DNA from: Alteromonas sp.
GTDB taxonomy: Bacteria; Margulisbacteria; Marinamargulisbacteria; UBA6595
NCBI GenBank assembly: GCA_964220215.1
Contig: CAXPTH010000012.1
Span: 1-64,000, forward strand
DNA length: 64,000 bases
Direction of reading: 5' to 3'
Positions 30,672 through 40,113 of the stretch are shown here, piece after piece (position 1 is the stretch's first letter; each line of letters begins with the position of its first letter). Position numbers and translations under genes: made by a program. The notes beneath the pieces were generated by a model. That model ran no database searches. It saw nothing but the letters and a program-made list of their open reading frames with translations, and was not told the DNA's origin.

Positions 30672-31046
30672 CTAACTTAAAAACTGAGCCAAATGATTCA
30701 CAAACACCTGTGCATCAATGGGTTTTTGAATACAGCCCTCACAACCAGAAATCGGGGCTTTATTATGCCCATCAATCCCCACATGGGTCGTCAGCGCAAC
30801 AATCGGAACATCGGTTAACCCGTCAATGCTGCGAATGTGTTGGGTAATTGCATAACCATCCACCCCCGGCATATGCAAATCAATTAAAATTAAATCGGGC
30901 TCAACCGTTCTAAACAAATCCAAACCGGCTTTTTTAGTCTCTGCATCGTGAACAATGTGCCCCTCAGACTCCAATAATTTTTTGATGATATACCGATTAA
31001 TTGCATTGGCTTCAATGCAGATAATTGTCTTGGATTTTTTGCTCAT
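30672..31046 (-). CDS. Single-domain response regulator (DivK-like)
   Basis: PDLILIDLHMPGVDG, PIVALT, KPI. Confidence 0.9.
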   Translation of the reverse strand: MSKKSKTIICIEANAINRYIIKKLLESEGHIVHDAETKKAGLDLFRTVEPDLILIDLHMPGVDGYAITQHIRSIDGLTDVPIVALTTHVGIDGHNKAPISGCEGCIQKPIDAQVFVNHLAQFLS

Positions 31047-31117
31047 TTCTGGGTATAGTTATACCATAAAACACACCCAAACGGCTAGCCAAATAACCCG
31101 ATTCTAATCTGCAAAAA

Positions 31118-32635
31118 CTAGGCCAATCGGTCTTCTGCGATACGCCAATGCTTCAAAGACTCTAAGACTTTAACTTCAACAATATTATCGGCACGGTCCA
31201 ACAAACTCTGACATTCAGGACTCACATTTAATATATGCAGATTCTTGTTCACCTGCGCATACCGCTGGGCAACCACATGAATGGCTTCAAGTCCTGAGTG
31301 ATCGTAAACACGCGCATGTCGAAAATCAATCGCCACATGATCTGGATCATTGTCCACATCAAACAAGGCTTTAAACGCCGTTGCGGACCCAAAAAACAGC
31401 CCCCCGTTTAGTGTGTAAACTTTGTAGGCCGTATCATGGGTGGATTCTGTAACTGCAATTCGTTTACCCTGTTCCCATGCAAATACCAAGGCTGAAATAA
31501 TAACACCCACAAATACAGCCACGGCCAAATCAACAAGCACCGTGGTTACCGATACAATTACAATAACCGCAACATCCGATTTAGGTATTTTTTTTATAAT
31601 TCGAAAACTGGACCACTCAAATGTCGCAATCGATACCATAACCATAACACCCACCAACGCCGCCAACGGAATACGTTCAATCCATCGAGCCCCCACAATT
31701 AAAAAAATTAATAGGCTACCGGCTGCCACCACCCCCGACCATCGGCCACGACCACCCGCACGCACATTAATCATGCTTTGACCAATCATCGCACACCCGC
31801 CCATGCCACCCAAAAAGCCATTGAGCACATTTGCGAGGCCTTGGGCCAAACTTTCTTTATTGCCTCGCCCCCGGGTACCCGTAAGCTCGTCCACTAAAAC
31901 CAACGTCATTAACGACTCAATCAAACCAACGGATGCCGCCAAAAAAGAATACGGCAACACTGTCATCACGGCCTCCAGCGTTAGAATCGGTAATTGAAAT
32001 TGTGGCAAGCCCACAGCAATCGTCGTTTGGGTCGGGTCCATAGTTTGAACAAAATCCAAGACCGTCCGACTATCATAGCCCAGTGACTGCAAATAAACAG
32101 ACACCCCAGATACCACAAGAATTGCCGTCAGTGTGGCCGGTAGGCGCTTGGTAATTTTGGGCAACCCATAGATAATTGCCATCGTTAGGGCCACCAAACC
32201 CAGCATAATTAATAATGGCCGTAGCGGCATTATTTGCAGCCCTTCATGGGTTTGAATATAAAATTGCGTGAGCTGAGATTTAAAAATAACAATGGCCAAG
32301 CCATTCACAAACCCAAACATGACCGGCTGCGGAATGAGTCGAATAAACTTGCCCCAACGCAGCAAGCCAAATATTAGCTGGAAAACGCCCATAATTACAA
32401 CGGCTAAAAACAAATACGACAACGCAACCGCCATGCCCTGCTGCTGAGTTTGGCTAATTACAAGCGGCGCAAATATAACCGCAACCGCACCCGTAGCCCC
32501 GGATATCATACCCGGACGGCCACCCAATAATGCCGTGACAAGCCCCATGATAATTGCTGCATACAAACCCACCCTTGGGTCGACGTGAGCCACAAATGAA
32601 AAAGCAATCGCCTCTGGCACCAACGCCAGGGCCAC
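31118..32635 (-). CDS. SulP/SLC26 anion transporter with STAS domain; true start uncertain
   Basis: ALALVPEAIAF, GGRPGMISGATGA, GGCAMIGQS, LFFGS; in-frame DTLSGLT lies upstream of the GTG. Confidence 0.92.
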   Translation of the reverse strand: MALALVPEAIAFSFVAHVDPRVGLYAAIIMGLVTALLGGRPGMISGATGAVAVIFAPLVISQTQQQGMAVALSYLFLAVVIMGVFQLIFGLLRWGKFIRLIPQPVMFGFVNGLAIVIFKSQLTQFYIQTHEGLQIMPLRPLLIMLGLVALTMAIIYGLPKITKRLPATLTAILVVSGVSVYLQSLGYDSRTVLDFVQTMDPTQTTIAVGLPQFQLPILTLEAVMTVLPYSFLAASVGLIESLMTLVLVDELTGTRGRGNKESLAQGLANVLNGFLGGMGGCAMIGQSMINVRAGGRGRWSGVVAAGSLLIFLIVGARWIERIPLAALVGVMVMVSIATFEWSSFRIIKKIPKSDVAVIVIVSVTTVLVDLAVAVFVGVIISALVFAWEQGKRIAVTESTHDTAYKVYTLNGGLFFGSATAFKALFDVDNDPDHVAIDFRHARVYDHSGLEAIHVVAQRYAQVNKNLHILNVSPECQSLLDRADNIVEVKVLESLKHWRIAEDRLA

Positions 32636-32655
32636 GGTTAACCCAGACAGCGTAT

Positions 32656-33300
32656 CTAACCAGTACTGGTATCGGCGTTGTTTAGTCCTTGTTTGTTTCC
32701 TTTTTTGATTGCTAGAATATCTTGTATTTTTTTAATGCTTTTATTGTATATTCGGGACACTTGAGATTCAGACAACTGTATTTTTTTTGAAATTTGTTTA
32801 AATGTTTGATCATGAAGCGCATGGGAAACGACAATTTCCTGGTCTCGGGCATCCAAAAGCTGCAACACCGATTGCAAATCATGCGCACTGTCCATGTCTG
32901 ATTCAAAGGTATTATTCTCTTGGATGACAATATACATATTGGCAGCCGTATTCACCCACTCGTAAAATCGGGTGGGGTCGGATCGAGTGACGAATCGAAT
33001 GTGATCACGCATCGCGCCGTTAATGCGCTGATAGGCCAACGGCCAGACTGAACTATGGCGCTCAGGATCCCAAATTTTAATGGTCTCAAACAACTCAATT
33101 AACACGATGGTTTGCAAGTCCTCTTTTTCACTGTCTCGAACATGCCGGGGCAAATGATTCAGGTACGTATATAAAATTCGATTCATCCGTGTTTTAAATG
33201 TCGTTAAGACCACTTTATGATGCCGCTTTAAAATGGCCAACTTCAGATAATTGGCAATGGCGACTGAATTCTTTTCCCAATACTCGTCGTGCGTACTCAT
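32656..33300 (-). CDS. Divergent FliA/WhiG-like sigma-70 factor
   Basis: Region 2 EDLQ...LFETIKIWDP...RINGAMRDHIR; region 4 TFKQIS..QLSESQVSRI; lies at the end of the flh cluster. Confidence 0.8.
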   Translation of the reverse strand: MSTHDEYWEKNSVAIANYLKLAILKRHHKVVLTTFKTRMNRILYTYLNHLPRHVRDSEKEDLQTIVLIELFETIKIWDPERHSSVWPLAYQRINGAMRDHIRFVTRSDPTRFYEWVNTAANMYIVIQENNTFESDMDSAHDLQSVLQLLDARDQEIVVSHALHDQTFKQISKKIQLSESQVSRIYNKSIKKIQDILAIKKGNKQGLNNADTSTG

Positions 33301-33554
33301 ACACCCAATTTTCGCTTAATCGCATTTAAAATGTTGGTCGAATCAACATGGTCTGTATGCTCCCCCATTAATTCATTCAGAATCACGGTATACAGCGCAT
33401 CAACCCGCTCACGGAGTCTCTGCTTGTCCGATTCATCATTAGCAGTCCAGGCCTCAACATCCATGGGCAGGGACCGAACGTCACCGTCCTCGTCAATTTT
33501 TCGATACCGACTTTGCGGAATAATCTGGGACCAATACTCGTCATCAACCATCAT
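33297..33554 (-). CDS. Small acidic hypothetical protein
   Basis: 85-aa ORF coupled to flhA (TAATG) and to the sigma gene (ATGA). Confidence 0.75.
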   Translation of the reverse strand: MMVDDEYWSQIIPQSRYRKIDEDGDVRSLPMDVEAWTANDESDKQRLRERVDALYTVILNELMGEHTDHVDSTNILNAIKRKLGV

Positions 33555-35629
33555 TAATTCGACAAAATACCAATGGACTGAACCTTAACATTTGAGGGAA
33601 TTTCAGTATAGGACAATATAATTAAACGGGGATAATTGCGTTCTAAAAACTTTTTAAAATAGGTTCTAATTTTAGGTGAACACAAGCCAACCGGTTCTTT
33701 ATCCAATCGTCTAAAATTTCTCACAAATTCACCAATTTGAGCCAACACACTTTGACCCACATCCGGATCAAGCGCCAAAAATGAGCCATATTCAGATTGA
33801 TGAATCGCATTAATCATCCGTTCTTCAAACTCCGGGTCAATCGTAAAGAGCAGAATGCTGTTATCTTTATCAACATACTTACTACAAATCTGACGAGCCA
33901 AGGCTTGTCGTACGTATTCAGCCAATAAATTCGTATCACGGGAAATCGTCGCATAGTCAGCCAATCGCTCCAAAATGGTAGACAAATCGCGGATCGATAC
34001 GCGCTCAGAAACAAGTATCTGCAACACTTTATGGACTTGCCCCAGGGAAAGCATATCGGGAATGAGCTCTCGAACGATGGCCGCGTTGGTATTTTTAACT
34101 AAATCCAACAACGATTGGACGTTTTGGCGCGTCATAATTTCATCGGCATGTTGCATAATCACTTCTGAAAAATGCATCGCAATAAAATCGGTTGTATTTA
34201 AACCAGAAATGGCCTGCTCTTGCAACGCCCCCAACTTATCTTCTGGCACCCAAGCCGCAGACTCCTGAGTGATTGGATCCACGGCTTCAATACCTGGAAC
34301 GCCTTGGTGCTTTAAATCAGTGGCTGACTGACCCACAAAATAATGCCCCATGACCACTTCCCCGTACCCAACCTGCGTCCCCCGAATATACACCTCATAC
34401 GCATTGACCGGCAAACTTAATTCATCCATAATTCGGACACCCGGAATGACAAACCCAAGTTCTTGGCCAATATGATACCGAACCAGCGTAATACGCTCCA
34501 GCAACGGGCCATTTTGATTGGGATCAATAAGCGGGACTAAATTACGCCCTACTTTTAAACTAATTGGGTCCAAGCTAAGCGTGCCCAGCAAGTTTTCTGG
34601 CTTTTTCATGGCTTGCTTGGCTACGTTTTGCTGCGCTTGTATCGTATGCGCTTCTTGTGTTTTTTTTGCTTTAACCACGCTCAAAGAAAACAGGCCCGCT
34701 AAACAGGCTAATAAAAAGAAATAACGAAATGGAAATCCCGGCACTACACTTAATCCCAGCAAAATAATGCCGGTAATCGCAAATGGTTTTGGCTGCTCAA
34801 AAATTTGACGCTTCACATCGGACCCAAAGCTTTCTTCAGAAGCGGCTTTGGTCACCACCAAACCGGTTGCCACTGAAATTAACAGGGCCGGAACTTGAGA
34901 CACCAGGCCATCCCCAACCGTCAGGCGAACATATACCTGCGTTGATTCGCCCAAATCCAATGCTTGTTGAAATCGCCCAATTAACAACCCCCCAATAATA
35001 TTAACAATAACGATAACAATACCCGCAATGGCATCCCCTTTCACAAATTTATTGGCCCCATCCATAGAGCCAAAAAATGTTGATTCTTTTTCTAGTTTTT
35101 TTCGGCGAACTCGGGATTCTTCAGCATCAATCAAGCCCGCATTTAAATCGGCATCAATACTCATTTGTTTGCCCGGCAATGCATCCAAAGTAAATCGAGC
35201 GGACACTTCTGCAACACGTTCCGACCCTTTGGTTACCACCACAAATTGCACAAGGGTAATAATTGAAAAGGTAACCAATCCCACAACCAAGTTTCCTCGC
35301 GTGACAAAATCCGCAAATGCCATAACAATTTGACCATCAAAATCTGGCCCCGAACTCAAAATAAGCTTGGTGGACGCCACGTTAATCGCTAAGCGAAACA
35401 AGGTCATCACCAATAGAATTTGCGGAAACGCTGAGAACTCTAGAGACTCTTTTAAATACAAAACAACCAATAGCAAAATAATAGCGATGGATAAATTCAA
35501 CGACATCAGAACATCCAACCCCCACGTTGGAATTGGAATAATCATAACCCCAACAATCATGATCAAGGCGACTGCAACGGATACATCCGGAACATTGAAC
35601 ATGGCTTTTAATGACTTTAGTTTCGACAT
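33554..35629 (-). CDS. flhA: Flagellar export gate protein FlhA (SctV homolog)
   Basis: RVAEVSARFTLDALPGKQMSIDADLNAG, FFGSMDGANKFVKGDA, GDGLVSQVPAL. Confidence 0.97.
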   Translation of the reverse strand: MSKLKSLKAMFNVPDVSVAVALIMIVGVMIIPIPTWGLDVLMSLNLSIAIILLLVVLYLKESLEFSAFPQILLVMTLFRLAINVASTKLILSSGPDFDGQIVMAFADFVTRGNLVVGLVTFSIITLVQFVVVTKGSERVAEVSARFTLDALPGKQMSIDADLNAGLIDAEESRVRRKKLEKESTFFGSMDGANKFVKGDAIAGIVIVIVNIIGGLLIGRFQQALDLGESTQVYVRLTVGDGLVSQVPALLISVATGLVVTKAASEESFGSDVKRQIFEQPKPFAITGIILLGLSVVPGFPFRYFFLLACLAGLFSLSVVKAKKTQEAHTIQAQQNVAKQAMKKPENLLGTLSLDPISLKVGRNLVPLIDPNQNGPLLERITLVRYHIGQELGFVIPGVRIMDELSLPVNAYEVYIRGTQVGYGEVVMGHYFVGQSATDLKHQGVPGIEAVDPITQESAAWVPEDKLGALQEQAISGLNTTDFIAMHFSEVIMQHADEIMTRQNVQSLLDLVKNTNAAIVRELIPDMLSLGQVHKVLQILVSERVSIRDLSTILERLADYATISRDTNLLAEYVRQALARQICSKYVDKDNSILLFTIDPEFEERMINAIHQSEYGSFLALDPDVGQSVLAQIGEFVRNFRRLDKEPVGLCSPKIRTYFKKFLERNYPRLIILSYTEIPSNVKVQSIGILSN

Positions 35630-35632
35630 AAT

Positions 35633-36715
35633 TTATTCCTGTGGCGCTAATCGCTGACGACGCTTCCTTTTTAAATTATATACAAAAGCGAGAATCTCAG
35701 CCACTGCTCGATAATATTCTGGCGGAACAAATTGGCCCGCCATGCTCTTTTTATACAAATTTCGAGCGAGTGGTGGGTTCTGAATAATGGGAATATAGTG
35801 CGAATCTGCAATTTGACGAATGGCCTGCGCCAGTAACTGACGACCCCGCGCAACAATCATGGGCGACTGCATGGTCTCTGCATCGTAACGAATTGCAATT
35901 GCAATGTGTGTGGGGTTGGTCACCACAACATCAGCGCCTGGAACCGCTCCCATTTGCCGACTTTGGGCCAATTGACGCTGCTGATCCCGCTGGCGCTGCT
36001 TAATCATCGGGTCTCCCTCGAGTTGCTTGTATTCGTTTTGAATGTCTTTTTTACTCATGCGCAATGATTTGATGTACTCGTACTTTTGATACATATAATC
36101 TAATAGCGCAATAATCAAATAAAATATGCCAATTTGAATAACAATACGCATGACTAACGTGCCCACCAAAATCATCACCTGCATCGCAGGCATTTGACCC
36201 GTAACGAAAAAATACGGTAAAAAGCTTTTAACTGCACTGTAAATCAAAAAAGAAATCATCAAAATTTTAGCAATTGACTTTAATGTCTCAACATATTGCT
36301 TTAATGAAAAGAATTTTTTGGTGCCGGCAATAGGGTCTAATTTTTTAAGGTCCGGCAAAATAGCCCCCCAATAAATTAACGCTTGTGTTTGCAAAATTTC
36401 AAGTACAAAGATAACCACAATAATACCAGCAAATAACGGAGTCATTATTTGTAAAAACGTCCACATGAGCTCCGACAAAATGGTATACGCTAAATCTAAG
36501 CTAAACGGCTTTGCAATTGCATTAAATATCGTTTCAGTTAGATATCCAATTCGACTCCACATTTGAAACGATATGGCCTTTAAGATAAAAAATATCGCCA
36601 ACATGGCAACTGCCCCCGTTAAATCTTTACCCTTGGCAATTTGCCCTTTTTTTCGAGCCTCACGCAACTTATGCGGTGTTGGCTCTTCTGTTTTTTCGCC
36701 GGAATCATCGCCCAT
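35633..36715 (-). CDS. flhB: Flagellar export switch protein FlhB (SctU homolog)
   Basis: EKTEEPTPHKL.EARKKGQ, EGDP.IK, NPTH autocleavage motif. Confidence 0.96.
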   Translation of the reverse strand: MGDDSGEKTEEPTPHKLREARKKGQIAKGKDLTGAVAMLAIFFILKAISFQMWSRIGYLTETIFNAIAKPFSLDLAYTILSELMWTFLQIMTPLFAGIIVVIFVLEILQTQALIYWGAILPDLKKLDPIAGTKKFFSLKQYVETLKSIAKILMISFLIYSAVKSFLPYFFVTGQMPAMQVMILVGTLVMRIVIQIGIFYLIIALLDYMYQKYEYIKSLRMSKKDIQNEYKQLEGDPMIKQRQRDQQRQLAQSRQMGAVPGADVVVTNPTHIAIAIRYDAETMQSPMIVARGRQLLAQAIRQIADSHYIPIIQNPPLARNLYKKSMAGQFVPPEYYRAVAEILAFVYNLKRKRRQRLAPQE

Positions 36716-37497
36716 TACTGCTCCTGGCCGACTAAAATAAAATCACCCATTAAATTGGGGATCATTGCCAATAATTCCGATACATCTTCTAAGAAATAGG
36801 GAATGATCAACATCAAAACCACAATCATAACCATGGGCTTTAATTGAAAACTTAACTGAAACACATTGACTTGTGATGCAATGCGACTGAGCATCCCAAA
36901 CCCAAAGTCAACAAAAAAAATAACAACAATTACTGGTGCTGAAAACCGCCAACCCACCTCAAAAATCATTGCCCCCAAATTAACAATATGCAAAAAGTGA
37001 TTGCCGGTTATCATATTGTGTGCCATACCAATGGGCATAACATCAAATGTCGTACGAATCGCCAATAGGACAATATGGTGCCCATTTAACAAAAGAAATA
37101 CAAGTAAAATCAACTGTCGATACAACCGCGCGATAATGGTGACCTGATCCCCACGAAGTGGATCAAACATTGCCGCTGCACTAATTCCTGCTTGCGTGTC
37201 AATAATAGAGCCGGCCAACTCCACACCAATAATAAGCAGCTGAATCGTGAATCCCAAACACAGCCCAATCAATATCTCCATAGCCACCGCCAGCAACAAT
37301 GAAATCGGCTGAGCCGGCAATGTATTTGGAAGCGGAACAACAAATGCAATGAGCGTTGATAATAACACCATCATAATAATGCGAACTGTGGCTGGCATCA
37401 GTTGAGCATTATTAAAGACCGGCGCTGTAACAAACAACCCAAAAATTCGGGCTGTAATTAAGCCCACAACAATAATGTAATCAATAGGAATAATCAT
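36715..37497 (-). CDS. fliR: Flagellar export protein FliR
   Basis: R..G....APVF, AG.IID.Q.G, FDP, NGHH, Q.NVF. Confidence 0.92.
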   Translation of the reverse strand: MIIPIDYIIVVGLITARIFGLFVTAPVFNNAQLMPATVRIIMMVLLSTLIAFVVPLPNTLPAQPISLLLAVAMEILIGLCLGFTIQLLIIGVELAGSIIDTQAGISAAAMFDPLRGDQVTIIARLYRQLILLVFLLLNGHHIVLLAIRTTFDVMPIGMAHNMITGNHFLHIVNLGAMIFEVGWRFSAPVIVVIFFVDFGFGMLSRIASQVNVFQLSFQLKPMVMIVVLMLIIPYFLEDVSELLAMIPNLMGDFILVGQEQ

Positions 37498-37763
37498 TGG
37501 CTATATATCGGTATATCTTGCCACAGATCCAACGCGACACCCGATATTAACCCAAACATCCAATGAAAAAAAACAGCAAATAACAACAAAACAACAACCA
37601 TTTTTGGCACAAAGGTCAATGTTTGCTCCTGAATTTGAGTCACAGCCTGAATAATCGAAATGATTAAACCAATGAGCAGACCCAAGCCAACCGTTGGCAA
37701 GGAAACAACCACAGCTAAATTAAAAATACGCGTAACAATCTCAGACGCTACCATTAAGTCCAT
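37494..37763 (-). CDS. fliQ: Flagellar export protein FliQ
   Basis: GLIISIIQAVTQIQEQTLTFVPK. Confidence 0.96.
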   Translation of the reverse strand: MDLMVASEIVTRIFNLAVVVSLPTVGLGLLIGLIISIIQAVTQIQEQTLTFVPKMVVVLLLFAVFFHWMFGLISGVALDLWQDIPIYSQ

Positions 37764-37794
37764 TTAGATTTCCGATTTTTACGCATGACACCCA

Positions 37795-38523
37795 TTATTG
37801 ATAACTGAGCAATAAGCCACGAATAATCAAATTCCAGCCATCAACCAAAATAAACAACAAAAATTTAAATGGCATGGAGACCATGGCCGGCGATAACATA
37901 AACATCCCCAATGTTAATAATACATTTGAAATTAACAAATCGATCACCACAAAGGGCAAGTAGATTAAAAAGCCAATTTGAAAGGCTGATTTTAACTCAG
38001 AAATAATAAACGCTGGTATTAAGACATAAATTGGAACTTTTTCGCTGACTTTCAATTCTACGTTTGAAAAATCTAGAAACAACTCAATATCGGCCTCATT
38101 CGCTTGTTTCATCATAAATGCATGGAATGGTTCAGCGCCTAGTGCAAATGCCTGCTTTTGGCTAATTTTTCCATTGTTATACGGCACAATCGCTGTTTCA
38201 TATACTGTAGACAATACGGGTGCCATAACATACGCTGTCATGAATAATGCCAAAATAACAATAACGGGATTGGGTGGAGACTGCGCCGTTCCCAGTGCCT
38301 GACGAATCAAGCTTAAGACAATAACAAATCTCAAGAAAGACGTTGTCACCATTAAAAATGCCGGAACAAATCCAATCGACGTCAAAATTAATAGCAAATT
38401 TACCGATGAGCTTAACGCATCGGTATTAATCAGTGTATTGCCGGCATCAAACAGCACATTAGCCGGCTCCGCCCACGAGGGCATCCCAAGCATTACCAAT
38501 CCCAACACAATTAATTTAATCAT
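37795..38523 (-). CDS. fliP: Flagellar export protein FliP
   Basis: TSFLR, RQALG..Q.PPN, PAFIISELK.AFQIGF, PFK.LLF.LVDGW. Confidence 0.96.
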   Translation of the reverse strand: MIKLIVLGLVMLGMPSWAEPANVLFDAGNTLINTDALSSSVNLLLILTSIGFVPAFLMVTTSFLRFVIVLSLIRQALGTAQSPPNPVIVILALFMTAYVMAPVLSTVYETAIVPYNNGKISQKQAFALGAEPFHAFMMKQANEADIELFLDFSNVELKVSEKVPIYVLIPAFIISELKSAFQIGFLIYLPFVVIDLLISNVLLTLGMFMLSPAMVSMPFKFLLFILVDGWNLIIRGLLLSYQ

Positions 38524-38756
38524 AACTTATCCAACACCTGTATTGATTTTCCATTGATTCCTAAAAAATAATCATTTCCGCGTACCTTTACAATTAACAA
38601 AGTTGTATTATTGGCGATAATTAATTGATCCACAACGGTCATATCGCAGGCATACCGTTTATTTTGGAGCCACTTAATTAGTTGGATAGCCCCCATCAAA
38701 ATAAAAACTAAAATTGCGAATAATACAATAAATTTTATGTAATATCCGCTGGTCAT
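38520..38756 (-). CDS. fliO: FliO-like small membrane protein
   Basis: One TM helix plus LLIVKV....YFLG; directly upstream of fliP. Confidence 0.7.
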   Translation of the reverse strand: MTSGYYIKFIVLFAILVFILMGAIQLIKWLQNKRYACDMTVVDQLIIANNTTLLIVKVRGNDYFLGINGKSIQVLDKL

Positions 38757-38764
38757 AAGCCACC

Positions 38765-39346
38765 CTATTGGGTATTAATCAACTCAATAATACGAATAGC
38801 ATATCGATAGTTAATCGATACAATTTCACATTTAGCAATCACTTGACCATTAACAACCACATCCAATGGAGCACCCAGCTCACGATCCAATTCTAAAATT
38901 TGACCTTCTCTCAATGCATACAGTTGGTTCAGATTAATCATTGTTTCACCCAATTCAACACGAACATCAACTGAAATTGAACCCAGTACCGATTGGGGTA
39001 TTGCAACAGAATCACCACCCGAATCCGATGCTGACAAGTGGGCAATGTCGACCTGATCCAGATTAATTTTTTCAGAGTTTTCTAGTGCCGGATCATCGGC
39101 TAAATCCGCCACAGTCTCCTCGACAAGTTCAGCCTCATCTACAGGCTCGGAAATCGCTTCAATGACGGGTTCTTCTTCATCTACCCTGGGTGGCGTATGG
39201 ATTGAAAACGCAGACTCCATAACCGAATCTGTGCTATCATCCAATTCGCTATCGCTATCGACGTGCAAATCTTCTGATACAACATCTGGATCAGACTCAA
39301 TCACTGAGTCCGCTTCTATTTCATTCAAGTAACCATCATCTTTCAT
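38765..39346 (-). CDS. fliN: FliN-like C-ring protein with long acidic N-terminal extension
   Basis: C-terminal SpoA domain VRVELG...L..G.ILELD....PLDV.VNG..IA. Confidence 0.85.
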   Translation of the reverse strand: MKDDGYLNEIEADSVIESDPDVVSEDLHVDSDSELDDSTDSVMESAFSIHTPPRVDEEEPVIEAISEPVDEAELVEETVADLADDPALENSEKINLDQVDIAHLSASDSGGDSVAIPQSVLGSISVDVRVELGETMINLNQLYALREGQILELDRELGAPLDVVVNGQVIAKCEIVSINYRYAIRIIELINTQ

Positions 39347-40098
39347 TCATTATCTCCTTCTATCATCACGGCTTTTAGCAATTGGTTGTAGTCTGGAATA
39401 ACCCGTGATTTTGGTTTGTACTCAAACACAGTTTGTCCCACGCCCGCCGCATTGGACACATCGGCACAACTACGAATGGGCCCTCGTATTTTGTCAAGGC
39501 CAAACAAGGCCTCAACGGCAGCCATAACTTTGATAGTTTTTGCTTGACGCTGAGCATAAAAGGTTGGAACGACATGCTGAACGTGGATGGACTGGGCAAA
39601 CAGTCGATTCAGCAGTTTTACATTTTTAAGCAATTGTTTGGCCCCTACAACAGACATAAAATCCATTGAAATCGGAACCATTAAGTTTTGAGAAGCAATC
39701 ATGGCGTTTTGAGCCAGTAAGTCAAAGGATGGTCCAGAGTCAATGAGAATATAATCATAACCATGGACTGTCTCAAGTCGATTGTGAAGAACAAATTCTC
39801 GATTTGGAAATCCAACCATTTGCATCGATGCTGGGAACAGTCGCTCATCACTAGCGATAATATCCAAGCCATCACGAACTGGCGTGATACAGTCTGCCAC
39901 CGGCTGCTTTCCCACTAACAACTCATAGGTCCCCGATGATGCCTTAACGCCCAACATGGCCTTCACAGACCCTTGCGGATCCATATCAACGACGAGCACA
40001 CGCTGCCCATTTAACGCCAACCCCATAGCCAAATGAACAACCAAAGACGTCTTTCCCATACCCCCTTTATAATTCATAATACCCAAACGCTTTGTCAT
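39343..40098 (-). CDS. ParA/Soj family ATPase
   Basis: NYKGGMGKT, VDMDPQG, YDYILIDSGP. Confidence 0.9.
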   Translation of the reverse strand: MTKRLGIMNYKGGMGKTSLVVHLAMGLALNGQRVLVVDMDPQGSVKAMLGVKASSGTYELLVGKQPVADCITPVRDGLDIIASDERLFPASMQMVGFPNREFVLHNRLETVHGYDYILIDSGPSFDLLAQNAMIASQNLMVPISMDFMSVVGAKQLLKNVKLLNRLFAQSIHVQHVVPTFYAQRQAKTIKVMAAVEALFGLDKIRGPIRSCADVSNAAGVGQTVFEYKPKSRVIPDYNQLLKAVMIEGDNE

Positions 40099-40113
40099 GA
40101 ATACCTCCTCGGC

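Noticed and set aside
39343..40098. ParA as evidence of a plasmid or prophage
   Set aside because: No parB, rep or phage genes; it is translationally coupled to fliN in a chromosomal context
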